Below, piece after piece: positions 28,099 to 38,923 of a stretch of 64,000 nucleotides of DNA; the stretch's first letter is position 1, and each line of letters opens with the position of its first letter. The stretch is from Gammaproteobacteria bacterium (GTDB taxonomy: Bacteria > Pseudomonadota > Gammaproteobacteria > Pseudomonadales > Azotimanducaceae): assembly GCA_002689445.1 (NCBI GenBank), contig NZGC01000084.1, positions 8,723 through 72,722 on the forward strand, written 5' to 3'. A model generated the notes under the pieces. It was not told where the DNA came from, ran no database searches, and was given only the letters and a program-made list of their open reading frames with translations. The position numbers and the translations under genes are program-made.

Positions 28099-29256
28099 TT
28101 AACCGTTTGAGATCACGCTTCTCGAAATTAACTCTTTCATAATTTCACTGGTACCACCGTAGATTCTTTGGATCCTAGCATCTAAGTAGGCTCTCGAAAT
28201 GGGATATTCACTCATGTAACCATACCCGCCAAACATCTGAACACACTGATCAACAATCCGCCCTTGCATTTCGCTCGATGCCAACTTCAACATCGAGGCC
28301 TCTGCGGAAGATAGATCGCCGGCGATGAATCGATCCGTGTATTTTTCAGCCATGGCGCGACTGAGTTCAATATCGGTCTTCATTTCAGCCAGCTTATAGC
28401 GCGTGTTTTGAAAATCCACGACCGATTGCCCAAATGCCATACGTTCTTTTACGTAGTCAACGGTCAAATCCAGAGCACCTTGGGCCGCACCAACACATCC
28501 GACCCCTAAGATTAATCGCTCGCGAGGTAGTTCATTCATCATGTTGGCAAAGCCAAGCCCTTCGCCGCCCAGTATCGAATCTGCTGAGACTCTCAGGTCA
28601 TCGAAAAACAGTTCCGACGTGTCGCCGCTGTGTAGCCCCATCTTGTCTAAATTGCGGCCTCGATTAAATCCTTCGAGTTCACAATCGACGGTAAACAGCG
28701 TCATCCCTTTTGCGCCCTGATTTGGATCTGTCTTCGTTGCCAAGACAATGACATCGCAATGCTGCCCGTTGGTTATAAAAGTTTTCTGGCCGTTGATCAC
28801 AAACTCATCGCCGTCTCGCGCGGCATGCGTTTTGATCCGCTGGAGATCACTCCCTGCGCTGGGCTCGGTCATGCCAATCGCACCCACGATTTCACCGGTT
28901 ACCATTTTGGGTAAGTATCGCTCGCGCTGAGCTTCTGTACCCAAGTTCAAAATGTAGGGAGCAACAATATCTGAATGGACAGAAAGACCACTGGCCAGTG
29001 CGCCAAACCCCGCCCTTGAGACTTCATCGACCACTACGCAACTCAATTCAAATGACACCCCATAACCACCGAATTTTTCCGGCACGTCAACGCAGAGGTA
29101 ACCCTCTTCACCAAAACGGCGCCAAAGAGATCTTGGCCAAATGCCCGCCTGCTCCCACTCATTATAGTGAGGCGCAACCTCATCGGCTAAAAATCGTCTC
29201 AAGTTATCTGCGAATAACTGCTTTTCTTGATCATCCAGTTTTGCGGGTTCGCTCAT
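28099..29256 (-). CDS. Acyl-CoA dehydrogenase
   Basis: 'GMTEPSAGSD' and C-terminal 'IYGGTSEI'. The ORF track starts at TTG 29262. ATG 29256 (MSEPAKL...) is preferred. Confidence 0.9.
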   Translation of the reverse strand: MSEPAKLDDQEKQLFADNLRRFLADEVAPHYNEWEQAGIWPRSLWRRFGEEGYLCVDVPEKFGGYGVSFELSCVVVDEVSRAGFGALASGLSVHSDIVAPYILNLGTEAQRERYLPKMVTGEIVGAIGMTEPSAGSDLQRIKTHAARDGDEFVINGQKTFITNGQHCDVIVLATKTDPNQGAKGMTLFTVDCELEGFNRGRNLDKMGLHSGDTSELFFDDLRVSADSILGGEGLGFANMMNELPRERLILGVGCVGAAQGALDLTVDYVKERMAFGQSVVDFQNTRYKLAEMKTDIELSRAMAEKYTDRFIAGDLSSAEASMLKLASSEMQGRIVDQCVQMFGGYGYMSEYPISRAYLDARIQRIYGGTSEIMKELISRSVISNG

Positions 29257-29395
29257 CACCAATACTCTCTCTCGAAAACTCCTAGTATATGCTAGCCATA
29301 GCAGCAGCGTCGATTAGGAGAGCCATTAAGCACTGTTCGTCTCAGTTCTCATTTAAGACGAGGGTCTCTTGTCTAAAATCCATGGGCAGCGCAGA

Positions 29396-31582
29396 ATGTC
29401 CCATAAGGAGAAATCGTTTCGATGGATCATATTGCTTACAAGTCTGAGAGCACTGATGCAAGAGATTAACGTAACCGCCCCTGCCTCAGGTTGCCGATTG
29501 CTGAATGCTGGGTCATTAGCGCTGGTTTTTGGTCAACCTCCAGAGGTCCTAAAAGGTCTGCTTCGCAACCAAGTCGAAAGCTTTGATGGTTTGGTGCTCA
29601 TCGACAGTCGCGAGCGAGACGGATCTTTACTCAATCATGTTGAGTTTTTGCTGTATCACTTTTTGTTTCAGTTAGGTGGCCACCAAGCCTCACGAAAACT
29701 CCATTTGATCGGCGACAACCTACAGCTCGATCAGGTCAAGCGAGTGCTGCAATTATGCTTGCTCGGCCCTGACTCGGAGCAGTTTAGCGTTTGGCAGACT
29801 GATCCCGCGCTAGCCCAGGAATGGCTGCGGGTTGCAGAAGCCAGTGCCTTAAAAGATGCTTCGCAACATCTTCTGACCATCGATGACCTGGTCGAAACCC
29901 ATGTTTTTGAAAACGATCAAGTTACCCTAGGTGACGTAACGCTATCTCACACCGGTTGGGATCAATACCGAGTCGAAGCCGGGGGCCATTCCATTAACTT
30001 GGATCTAGGCGAGGATCAGCGCATTTTACCGAGCTATCCTTTTCATCGAGAAAATCATCCCACGCCTCTGGCAAAGCTCAGCCTCGAAGTCTTGGGCGGC
30101 GCTTCGGGCTTCTCTCCTGACGAACCCTGTACCGGTCTTGCACTATGTTATAACGGCGAATATATGCTGATCGATGTGCTGCCTTTTCTTGATGAACACC
30201 TGCTGGCACGAGGCATTTCAAAGAATCAAATTTCAAGCTGCTTTCTCACCCATGTGCACGATGATCATTGCGCCATGCTGCCTCTGATGCAATCCAGTCG
30301 CAAAATTGAAATCATATCGACACCTGAAATCTATCAAATGGCCTTGGAAAAATTGGCCCTCAGCCTTGATTGGCGTACCGAGGTCATTGCAGAGCATTTC
30401 GAATTCACCGCCATCAGACCTGGGGAAGTACTCAATCACTACGGCCTGATGATTGAGGCCCACCTCACAGTTCATAGTATTCCTACCATTGGCGCGACCT
30501 TTAGCGTGACTGATGCTGGGGTACCTCGCCGTGTTTGCGTCATCGGCGACAACCACTCTCTAAAAAACATTGAACCTTTGGTCGCCAGTGGAGCAGTCCG
30601 TGAAGAGACGCTGGACAGACTGCAACGCATTTATGCGACACCTTATGATTTACTCATTGCCGATGGTGGGGCGGGTATCTTACACGGCGATCCAGAGGAG
30701 CTGACGGACTCCCCCGCCGACCGGGTAGTATTTGTTCATGTGGATGAGCTGGCCACTGCCTTTTCTGCAACTTTTTCATTAGCCAATGCTGGCAAACGCT
30801 ACACCCTTATCGAGGGTACTCAAAGTCTCTATGGCGCTTTGATCCACCATTATCTCAAGCACTGGATTGATCCCAACGTATCGGATCGTTGGTTGCGCAA
30901 CTTAGTCACTGACAGCCGCATCAAGCACTACAATCTCGATGATGTCATTTTAGTGCAGGGCCAACCCTCTCGCGGCAATATCTATTTGATCCTCACGGGC
31001 TATTGTAAAATAGTCCGTCATGAAAATGACCAGCTCAATGCCGTGGCAACGCTGCAAGCCGGCGACTTGATCGGCGAAATGGCTGCCCTGACTGATCTGG
31101 GCGCTCGAAATGCCTCTGTGGTAGCCCAAACACCCGTGATCGTGTGTCAATTTTCAGAAGACGTATTCACCGCATTGGCCGCAAGTCCAGCCTTTCACGC
31201 CGAGCTCAACAAACGCTGGCAACTCAGGCCGCTGGTTAAACGCATTCCGCCATTCCAAGCTGTCAGCGCGACGGTTATTGAGCGGATTACCACTGCGTCC
31301 AACCTCATCGATTATCAACCGAGTGAAGAAATCGTATTTGCAGCGGACCATCGATACTTTCGCATTCAAGGGTCGATGACAAGCGACAACCCCGAAATTG
31401 AAAAGAGCGATAGACTTGGGGTGAGAACACCCTTTACGCCTTTGACGGGGACCGCCATTGCATCAACCCATTGCCAGTTCCTATCGATTCCGGACCAGGT
31501 TTTTGAGCAACTGTGCCTCGACACACCTCAGCTGAACTATCAGTATCGAAAGTTCATGCAGCAACTACCTTCAGTGGGTTAA
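29396..31582 (+). CDS. Multidomain protein: unknown N-terminal region, MBL-fold hydrolase domain and cyclic-nucleotide-binding domain(s)
   Basis: MBL motif 'THVHDDHC'. Canonical cNMP phosphate-binding cassette 'GDLIGEMAAL...RNASVVA', followed by a second, degenerate cNMP-like region. The start is uncertain: TTG 29369, ATG 29396 or ATG 29456. Confidence 0.7.
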   Translation: MSHKEKSFRWIILLTSLRALMQEINVTAPASGCRLLNAGSLALVFGQPPEVLKGLLRNQVESFDGLVLIDSRERDGSLLNHVEFLLYHFLFQLGGHQASRKLHLIGDNLQLDQVKRVLQLCLLGPDSEQFSVWQTDPALAQEWLRVAEASALKDASQHLLTIDDLVETHVFENDQVTLGDVTLSHTGWDQYRVEAGGHSINLDLGEDQRILPSYPFHRENHPTPLAKLSLEVLGGASGFSPDEPCTGLALCYNGEYMLIDVLPFLDEHLLARGISKNQISSCFLTHVHDDHCAMLPLMQSSRKIEIISTPEIYQMALEKLALSLDWRTEVIAEHFEFTAIRPGEVLNHYGLMIEAHLTVHSIPTIGATFSVTDAGVPRRVCVIGDNHSLKNIEPLVASGAVREETLDRLQRIYATPYDLLIADGGAGILHGDPEELTDSPADRVVFVHVDELATAFSATFSLANAGKRYTLIEGTQSLYGALIHHYLKHWIDPNVSDRWLRNLVTDSRIKHYNLDDVILVQGQPSRGNIYLILTGYCKIVRHENDQLNAVATLQAGDLIGEMAALTDLGARNASVVAQTPVIVCQFSEDVFTALAASPAFHAELNKRWQLRPLVKRIPPFQAVSATVIERITTASNLIDYQPSEEIVFAADHRYFRIQGSMTSDNPEIEKSDRLGVRTPFTPLTGTAIASTHCQFLSIPDQVFEQLCLDTPQLNYQYRKFMQQLPSVG

Positions 31583-31618
31583 CCCGCCCATAGAGGTCCC
31601 TGATGCGACGCCAGACAG

Positions 31619-33295
31619 TCAGTCCGCGGCTGAATTCGATTCGAACACCAGGTCAGTTTTCAATCGAGCCGCGGTTTGCTCGACCTCCCTCAGCCGTCGG
31701 TGTTCATCCCAACCTAAATGGTGACTCATCAGAAGGCTAATGGCCGTTAAGCTGGCGCTCGCCCGCTCAGGTTGATAGAGCGGTAATCCTAAACGACGAT
31801 AAACAACATCTTCCAGCGTTTTTGCAGACTCTTGACGCAACGCCCAAACCACCTCACCCGTCAACACCGGTAAATCCTGTGCGATCGGATTTTGACCCAA
31901 CGCAATGACCTTTACAGCCTCGTCGCCATAACGCAAAGCCAGCCTCTCGAGCACTTTAGGGTCAATATTGACGGTCTGTTGTAACCGCCTTACCACTTGC
32001 TTGGGTGAGAGCCCCAATTGAGCACCCGGCAATCGATCCAGACTAGGCAATGTCGAGCGGCCAAGCCGAGGACACTGCCTCACCAACGCCGCCACAACCC
32101 GCTCAGACATTTTGAGGTAGCCAGTCAGCTTACCGCCAGCAATCGTGAAAAGACCTCGAGGACTGAGCCAAACTTCGTCCTTCCGCGACACTTCACTGGT
32201 CCTAACTGAAACCTCAGGATCGGCGCTGCCGGATTGATCAGCAGAGTTTGGTCGAGAGCCTGCCTGTCGTTCTTTGCGCTCCGCGATCAGGGGTCGAATG
32301 CCAGCCCAGCTACCCACAACCTGATTGTCTGTCAGGTTTACCTTAAAGTAGGCATTGACTTGGTCGAGCAAGTAGTCGACCTCTTGTTGTTCCACACCTG
32401 GCCAGTAGGGATCGCCTTGTTCAAATCGCGTATCGGTGGTTCCAATATAAACCACCGTGTCACTGGGAATCACGAAAATCGGCCGGGCGTCATGCGCTAC
32501 CAACATGCAAGGCTGAGCAATCGGTAAGTCGGCTGCTGTGACAACAATATGCACGCCTTTACTCAAGACAAGGGCATTATCTGTTGCTCCATCCATCGCC
32601 AAAATATCAGCCACCCAGGGTCCAGCAGCGTTGACCACCAGGTCCGCTCGGAGGACTTGCTCTGCGCCGTTCTGAGTGACTACCACCCCGCCGACGGAAC
32701 CGCTAGTCTCATCGACCTCCTCGTGCAAGGCCGTAACCGGTGCGTAATTTATGGCGACCCCACCATCCGCGCAGCCAGCTCGAATATTGGCCAACACCAG
32801 GCGTGCGTCGTCGGTTAAATACTCTCGATATACGATCCCAAACGGAAATTTCTGATGGTTCAGCGCTGGCTCAAATGCACTGAGTCTACGGCCCCAAAGC
32901 AAACGATGACGATCAGCACGACGGACCCTACCCAGCCATTCATACAATGAAACCCCTAGCCAATACTTGATGGCTAAAAACAGGTTGGGAGCGGTGAGCA
33001 GCAAATCAACCGGTCGGGCCAAGTGGGGGGCCAATTGCAAAATTCGCTGGCGTTCACGTGCTCCCTCGGCAACGAGTCGCCATTCGCCATTTTGGAGATA
33101 TCGGATGCCACCATGAATGAGCTTAGTAGATCGACTCGACGTGCCGCTGGCAAAATCTTTTGCCTCCAGTAACAAGACCTTCCATCCCATTGCCGCTGTC
33201 TGCCGAAACAAACCAGCGCCTGTGATTCCTCCGCCGATAATGATCAGATCAAACTTATCTTTGCTCAACGAATCGAAATCTGCCTTCTCTACCAT
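31619..33295 (-). CDS. glpD: FAD-dependent glycerol-3-phosphate dehydrogenase
   Basis: 558 aa with 'DLIIIGGGITGAG' dinucleotide fold and 'STKLIHGG.RYL'. Length and C-terminal helical domain are as in GlpD/GlpO. Confidence 0.8.
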   Translation of the reverse strand: MVEKADFDSLSKDKFDLIIIGGGITGAGLFRQTAAMGWKVLLLEAKDFASGTSSRSTKLIHGGIRYLQNGEWRLVAEGARERQRILQLAPHLARPVDLLLTAPNLFLAIKYWLGVSLYEWLGRVRRADRHRLLWGRRLSAFEPALNHQKFPFGIVYREYLTDDARLVLANIRAGCADGGVAINYAPVTALHEEVDETSGSVGGVVVTQNGAEQVLRADLVVNAAGPWVADILAMDGATDNALVLSKGVHIVVTAADLPIAQPCMLVAHDARPIFVIPSDTVVYIGTTDTRFEQGDPYWPGVEQQEVDYLLDQVNAYFKVNLTDNQVVGSWAGIRPLIAERKERQAGSRPNSADQSGSADPEVSVRTSEVSRKDEVWLSPRGLFTIAGGKLTGYLKMSERVVAALVRQCPRLGRSTLPSLDRLPGAQLGLSPKQVVRRLQQTVNIDPKVLERLALRYGDEAVKVIALGQNPIAQDLPVLTGEVVWALRQESAKTLEDVVYRRLGLPLYQPERASASLTAISLLMSHHLGWDEHRRLREVEQTAARLKTDLVFESNSAAD

Positions 33296-33330
33296 GGTCG
33301 AAAACCTCTACCTTGCGCTATGCTTTCCCT

Positions 33331-33864
33331 ATGACTCTCAACATAACTTCGGCTGCTATCTCTGACCTGTCTGTGATTCAGACGCTGGCTCACAGAATTT
33401 GGAACCAACACTATCTCGGTATCATTACCCAACCGCAGATTGACTATATGCTGGAGCGAGATTATAACCTCGATCACCTTCAAAAAGCCTTTGCTGCCAC
33501 CTCGAACTTCCTTATGGTTAGCTATCTGAGCCAACACATAGGATTCGCAGCGCTATTTCGCAACGGCTCGACCCAAGTTCACCTTGAAAAAATTTATATT
33601 GAGCAGCAGTTTCAAGGCCTCGGACTGGGGCAGAAAATTTTGCAGCACATCGAGACGCTGGCACTGCAACAAGGTGCCCAAAGCATCACGCTCAATGTCA
33701 ACAAACACAATCATCTGGCCATCCGTGCCTACCGGCGAGCGGGATATACCCATCGCCGATCTATTCTCGAACCCATTGGCCAGGGTTTCTACGTCGACGA
33801 TTACGTCTATGAAAAATCTTTGGAGCCCCAAAAACAGACCTCACTCGCTCATCGGCAATCGTGA
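33331..33864 (+). CDS. GNAT-family N-acetyltransferase
   Basis: Acetyl-CoA loop 'QFQGLGLGQKIL' and 'N..AIRAY...G'. ATG 33331 is preferred over TTG 33313. Confidence 0.8.
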   Translation: MTLNITSAAISDLSVIQTLAHRIWNQHYLGIITQPQIDYMLERDYNLDHLQKAFAATSNFLMVSYLSQHIGFAALFRNGSTQVHLEKIYIEQQFQGLGLGQKILQHIETLALQQGAQSITLNVNKHNHLAIRAYRRAGYTHRRSILEPIGQGFYVDDYVYEKSLEPQKQTSLAHRQS

Positions 33865-33897
33865 GACTGCTCTTAATCCACGCAAAGGAGACTCGAT

Positions 33898-34797
33898 ATG
33901 GAATCATTTCAAGATAAAGTTGTTGTCATAACCGGAGCCGGGGGAGGCTTAGGGCGGGCCCATGCCCTTGAATTTGCCCGACGCGGCGCTCGGGTGGTGG
34001 TGAATGACTTGGGAGGTTCTACTGATGGCTCAGGACAAAGTGATATGGCGGATCAAGTTGTTGCTGAGATTCGCGGCTCGGGGGGTGTAGCAATCGCCAA
34101 CAAAGCCTCTGTAGCGGATCGTGCCGGGGCAAAAAGTATCATCGATGATGCCGTATCGGAATTCGGCACGATCGATGTTTTGATCAACAACGCAGGCATT
34201 TTGCGAGACAAATCGTTTAAAAATTTGGATCTTGACGATTGGGACCTTGTCATCAACGTCCACCTTAATGGCACAGCTTATGTAACCCATGCTGCCTGGC
34301 CCATTATGTACGCCAAAAACTATGGCAGGATCGTACTCACCAGTTCGACCTCGGGAATTTTTGGTAATTTCGGACAAAGTAATTACGGTGCGGCAAAAAT
34401 GGGTATGGTTGGGCTAATGAATGTTCTGGCGCTAGAAGGTGCGTCGCACAACATCAAGGTTAATACTCTCGCGCCAGCCGCAGCAACCCGACTGACCAAT
34501 ACCATTCCCGGAAGAGATGAAAATTTAGACCAACCTGACCCCGAACGTGCCCCGCATCTGGTCACCCCCGCGGTTTTATATATGGCGAGCGACCACGCGC
34601 CAACGGGTCGAATATTTCAAGCGGGTAACGGTCGATTCAGCCTCGCGGCAATCTATAGCAACGAAGGCGTGATTCAAGGTAAAGATGCCGATTATGAGCG
34701 CTTTCTCGCCGCGGAAGATGAGATTCTTGACCTATCACAGGCACGCGAGGGTTGGTGGCGAAGGCGAGTCCAGGCGAACCCGTCAGATAACAGCTGA
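33898..34797 (+). CDS. SDR oxidoreductase (3-hydroxyacyl-CoA dehydrogenase / MFE-2-like)
   Basis: 'ITGAGGGLGRAHA' and 'YGAAKMG'. AAAGGAG lies upstream of the ATG. Confidence 0.88.
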   Translation: MESFQDKVVVITGAGGGLGRAHALEFARRGARVVVNDLGGSTDGSGQSDMADQVVAEIRGSGGVAIANKASVADRAGAKSIIDDAVSEFGTIDVLINNAGILRDKSFKNLDLDDWDLVINVHLNGTAYVTHAAWPIMYAKNYGRIVLTSSTSGIFGNFGQSNYGAAKMGMVGLMNVLALEGASHNIKVNTLAPAAATRLTNTIPGRDENLDQPDPERAPHLVTPAVLYMASDHAPTGRIFQAGNGRFSLAAIYSNEGVIQGKDADYERFLAAEDEILDLSQAREGWWRRRVQANPSDNS

Positions 34798-34837
34798 TCG
34801 ATGCGGTTACCCTGCTTAAGGGTAGGCAACCCTAAAG

Positions 34838-34863
34838 CAAAGAAAATCCGGTTTCTTTGTTTG
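34838..34863 (+). terminator. Rho-independent terminator candidate after the SDR gene
   Basis: caaagaaa-atccgg-tttctttg (8-bp stem) followed by TTTG. Confidence 0.4.
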
Positions 34864-34874
34864 TCGGCAACCTC

Positions 34875-36296
34875 TCATTCGGAGAGTGATAGGGTATGGG
34901 GGATTTCTGCTAGCCGATCTTGCACATCATGGCTGACGTACAACACTGTTGTGTGCCGATTTTTGATCAATTGTCTGACCAGCGACAAGACCAAACTGCG
35001 ATTCGGAGCATCCAACCCTAGACAAGGTTCATCTAAAATCAGCAAGCTGGGCTGCTTGACCATCGCCCGAGCAATGAGCACCAGCCTTTGGTTCCCATAG
35101 CTCAACTGATTGAACGGTTGCCGTCTGGCCGCATCAAGGCCAATTCGCCGCAGCCAGTCTCTGGCGATCTGGATTTGTCCATCGCTCGCCTTCTGGTAAA
35201 CCCCGATACTGTCAAAAAAACCAGATATTACGACGTTTTCAAGACTGCTACTGACGCGGTAAGCAAGATGCAAACCAGAGGATACGAGCCCAATGTATTG
35301 CTTGATCTGCCAGATGCTTTCTCCCGAACCTCGCTGAAATCCAAACACCGTCAGGTCATTGGTATAACAGTGAGGGCTATCGCCCGTTATCAGATTGAGC
35401 AAGGTCGTTTTTCCAGAGCCATTGGCACCGGTAATCTGCCAGTGCTCCCCTGGCTGTATCCGCCAATCAAGCCCTGAAAAAATCACGCGATCTCCAAAGG
35501 CTACTTGCACCTGACGCATATCGACCAATGGGGCGTCGGGCGCCAGCTCCGGCAAGGCATTGGGATAACGCTCTGGCAACGGTAGCGTTTCGTCTGCCAG
35601 CGTCATCATTTGATTCAGCCAGGGTCTAACTTCCAAATCCCGACTCGGTCCGCAGTAGGTCAACCGTCCCGCCTCAACGAGCACCAAATGATTGATCCAT
35701 TCAGGAGCATTGTCGATATCGTTGGTCACATACAACACCGTGCGATCCCTGGTGGCTGTCTCGAGCACTGCTTGCAGCCGCGAGCTACTCGAAGCATCCA
35801 GCCCCTTGGCTGGATCATCGAGGATGAGCAACGGTCTAGAAGAGGCCAACGCTCTGACTAACAATACTTTTCGAGTCTCTCCCGTGGATAGGGTTCTAAA
35901 CGGCTGCCGCAAGCAAGCGGCCAAGTCAAATGCGTCAATAAAGTCTGCTAAGCGCTCTTGGTCCGGTGACAGTCCATTTAGAATATCAATCACGGGAGTG
36001 CCCACTAAGCGCTCATCTTCACCGTCGCTTTGCAAACGCTCTTGTTCAATTAATGTTTCTTGTAAGTCTGCGGATACAACAGCGGCCAGCGTGGGGTCAA
36101 ATGCAATGGCCCCGGCCATCAGTTTGCCCTCCCCTTGCAATGCCGACACTAGGGCTGATTTCCCAGCACCATTACGACCGGCAATGAGCCATTTCTGTCG
36201 GGGCGCAATCGACCACTCAAGCGGGCCAAGATAAAACCCCTCGTGCATGCGAACCTTGGCGTCTTGGAAACCTAAAACACTAGCAGCTTGGGACAC
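34875..36296 (-). CDS. Tandem-ATPase ABC protein without a membrane domain (ModF-like)
   Basis: 473 aa with two Walker A motifs (GRNGAGKS, GANGSGKT) and two ABC signatures (LSTGETRK, LSYGNQRL). GTG start. Confidence 0.8.
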   Translation of the reverse strand: MSQAASVLGFQDAKVRMHEGFYLGPLEWSIAPRQKWLIAGRNGAGKSALVSALQGEGKLMAGAIAFDPTLAAVVSADLQETLIEQERLQSDGEDERLVGTPVIDILNGLSPDQERLADFIDAFDLAACLRQPFRTLSTGETRKVLLVRALASSRPLLILDDPAKGLDASSSSRLQAVLETATRDRTVLYVTNDIDNAPEWINHLVLVEAGRLTYCGPSRDLEVRPWLNQMMTLADETLPLPERYPNALPELAPDAPLVDMRQVQVAFGDRVIFSGLDWRIQPGEHWQITGANGSGKTTLLNLITGDSPHCYTNDLTVFGFQRGSGESIWQIKQYIGLVSSGLHLAYRVSSSLENVVISGFFDSIGVYQKASDGQIQIARDWLRRIGLDAARRQPFNQLSYGNQRLVLIARAMVKQPSLLILDEPCLGLDAPNRSLVLSLVRQLIKNRHTTVLYVSHDVQDRLAEIPHTLSLSE

Positions 36297-36324
36297 AACC
36301 AGCAGTAACGACTAAGCCAGCGCG

Positions 36325-37797
36325 CTAAACAATCGCTTTCATTGCCGTCATATAGCCTCGAAGCGTCTGCCCAATTGCTTCAACTGGATGACTCCGGATA
36401 GCTTCGTTGACGGCAATCAGGGTTTGATTATCGACGCCTTGATCGTTCAAGCCCTGGCCTCTACCGATCACATCGGTGTCGAGATCTACCATGAAAGGCT
36501 GCAGCAAGGGTAAACAAGCATGATTGTATAAATAGCAACCGTATTCGGCGGTATCTGAGATCGTATTGTTCATCTCGAATAGTTTTTTCCGGGCAATCGT
36601 ATTGGCGATGAGAGGCACTTCATGAAGACTTTCATAGTACGCCGACTCGGCCTTAATTCCCGCAGCCGTCATCGTTTCAAATGCCAACTCGACGCCTGCT
36701 TTCACCATCGCGACCATTAAGATCCCTTGATCGAAAAAAGTCTGCTCAGTAATCTCGTCAGCCGACCCTTGTGCCTGCTCAAAAGCGGTTTGACCCGTGT
36801 CTGCACGCCACCCCAACAGTTTTGCATCATCATCAGCCCAATCTGCCATCATTCCACCGCTAAACGCGCCGGTCATGATGTCATCCATGTGTTTCTCGTA
36901 CAGCGGACGCATCAATTGCTTCATTTCCTCGGACAAATCATAAGCTCGAAGTTTGGCGGGGTTACTGAGCCTATCCATCATATTGGTAATACCACCATGC
37001 TTGAGCGCCTCAGTGATAGTCTCCCAGCCATATTGCACCAACTTAGACGCATAGCCTGGATCGATGCCTTTCTGCACCATTTTATCGAAACACAATAGAG
37101 AACCGGTCTGGAGCATGCCACATAAAATCGTTTGCTCACCCATCAGATCTGATTTTACCTCGGCGACAAAAGACGACATCAGCACCCCAGCTCGATGGCC
37201 GCCTGTTCCTGCTGCATAGGCCTTTGCTATTGCTAAGCCCTCGCCTCTGGGGTCGTTATCCGCATGGACAGCAATCAAGGTAGGTACACCAAACCCTCGC
37301 TTATACTCCTCTCGAACCTCTGTCCCGGGACATTTTGGTGCAACCATAATCACCGTAATATCTTCACGGATTTTTTGGCCTTCTTCCACGATGTTAAAAC
37401 CGTGGGAGTAGGCCAACGCGGCATTTTGTTTCATTAAGGGTTCGATATCCGCCACCACGGCGCTGTGCTGTTTATCCGGCGTTAAGTTAAGCACCAAGTC
37501 CGCGGTAGGTATCATCTCGCTATAAGACCCGACCCGAAATCCGTTACTCTCGGCATTCAAGAAAGACTGGCGTTTCTCCGATATCGCCGATTCTCGAAGC
37601 GTGTAGGCAACATCAAGGCCGCTATCGCGCAAATTTAGACCCTGATTCAGTCCCTGAGATCCGCAACCGACAATGACAAGCTGCTTGCCTTTCAAAAACT
37701 CGACGCCATCCTCAAACTCTGCCCCACTCATAAACTCACAAGTGCCGAGCTGCGCCAGCTGTTCTCGGAGAGATAGCGAATTGAAATAGTTAGCCAT
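36325..37797 (-). CDS. ilvC: Ketol-acid reductoisomerase (class II, long form)
   Basis: 490 aa with '[14 protein letters not shown]' and '[17 protein letters not shown]', close to enterobacterial-type IlvC. Confidence 0.95.
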   Translation of the reverse strand: MANYFNSLSLREQLAQLGTCEFMSGAEFEDGVEFLKGKQLVIVGCGSQGLNQGLNLRDSGLDVAYTLRESAISEKRQSFLNAESNGFRVGSYSEMIPTADLVLNLTPDKQHSAVVADIEPLMKQNAALAYSHGFNIVEEGQKIREDITVIMVAPKCPGTEVREEYKRGFGVPTLIAVHADNDPRGEGLAIAKAYAAGTGGHRAGVLMSSFVAEVKSDLMGEQTILCGMLQTGSLLCFDKMVQKGIDPGYASKLVQYGWETITEALKHGGITNMMDRLSNPAKLRAYDLSEEMKQLMRPLYEKHMDDIMTGAFSGGMMADWADDDAKLLGWRADTGQTAFEQAQGSADEITEQTFFDQGILMVAMVKAGVELAFETMTAAGIKAESAYYESLHEVPLIANTIARKKLFEMNNTISDTAEYGCYLYNHACLPLLQPFMVDLDTDVIGRGQGLNDQGVDNQTLIAVNEAIRSHPVEAIGQTLRGYMTAMKAIV

Positions 37798-37891
37798 AGC
37801 TTACCCCAGGAAAAAAAGAGGCCTAACTCTAGTGGAAATCGCTCGGAAAATAAATTAATTCTGCGGGTAAATGACCATGAAGCCGACAGAA

Positions 37892-37917
37892 AGCGGCGGG
37901 ATACGCCGCTCTTTTAC
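37892..37917. terminator. GC hairpin with flanking T-rich runs between tauD-like and ilvC
   Basis: agcggcg-ggata-cgccgct (7-bp stem), followed by cttttac on the plus strand and tttctg on the minus strand. Confidence 0.45.
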
Positions 37918-37927
37918 TGCCCAGGGC

Positions 37928-38767
37928 TCAGTAAGCGGTGAGCTTACTGCCATTAATTGTCACCCGATGCATCATTCGCCGTTCACCCTGATAATCGTTT
38001 AAGGCGTAATGCCAAGTGGCCCGGTTATCCCAAAAAGCGACGGTACCGGGCTTCCAACTCAATCTTTGAATCTTCTCTGACTGGACTGCATGCTCGTAGA
38101 GATAGTCAAGTAAGGGTTTCGACTCGGCCTCGGTCCATCCTTCAAACCGCAGCGTAAATCCTGGATTCACATAGAGCGCTGGCTTTTTGCTGAGTGGGTG
38201 CCGAATGACCACTGGGTGGATCGGATCCTCGAGGGCATCCGCCAGCTCGGGCTTACGCAATCGGGCAGCCTCTACCTTCGCCTGCATATAGGATGAGCTT
38301 TTGCCAAAAACATGTTTCGCGGAATGTACTGCTCTTAAGTCCAGTAGTAGAGATTGTAAGCCCTTGGACAAACCCTCAAAGGCTCGGTACATACTCACAA
38401 ACCAGGTATCACCCCCCTGCTGAGGCAACTCCCGGGCCACCAGAATAGAGCCAAGCGCCGGCTCCTCATCGTAGGAATGGTCGGTATGCCAGCCACCACC
38501 AATGTTGGTAACTTGGTCGGGCTCTTTTCCCACCAAGGCAATGTCTGGATACTCGGGGTGAGCCTGAAAAAACCGATTGGTGTTGACTTCACCCCAATGC
38601 TTAGCCAGCGCTAAATGGTCCAATTCAGACAACGCTTGGTCGCGAAAAATGAGTAGGCCATGCTCAGCAAACTGCTGTTGCAACCTCTGGGTTTGATGGG
38701 TCGAGAGGCAACGCAAATCTAGGTCGGTGACTTCAACGCCAACCCCTGCTAGTGGGTTTAGCTGCAC
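37928..38767 (-). CDS. TauD/TfdA-family Fe(II)/2-oxoglutarate dioxygenase
   Basis: 279 aa with the HxD iron ligands 'GGGWHTDHSY' and C-terminal 'WDNRATWH'. GTG start. Confidence 0.85.
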   Translation of the reverse strand: MQLNPLAGVGVEVTDLDLRCLSTHQTQRLQQQFAEHGLLIFRDQALSELDHLALAKHWGEVNTNRFFQAHPEYPDIALVGKEPDQVTNIGGGWHTDHSYDEEPALGSILVARELPQQGGDTWFVSMYRAFEGLSKGLQSLLLDLRAVHSAKHVFGKSSSYMQAKVEAARLRKPELADALEDPIHPVVIRHPLSKKPALYVNPGFTLRFEGWTEAESKPLLDYLYEHAVQSEKIQRLSWKPGTVAFWDNRATWHYALNDYQGERRMMHRVTINGSKLTAY

Positions 38768-38923
38768 ATCATTACCTTTTGAGTCGTATTCTGATGACTT
38801 TAATCCTGAATTGATTCCATAGGCTTTTCAACCCTTGGCCGGTTGCTGCAATCGAGCAATTACTCGGTGACCATGTCATGGTGAGGCTGATTTGTGCAAT
38901 GACCTTAACGTTTTGACTGGGAC

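Noticed and set aside
35692-36234. 180-aa plus-strand ORF inside the ModF-like gene
   Set aside because: It is antisense to a gene with two clear Walker A and ABC signature motifs. It is a shadow ORF.
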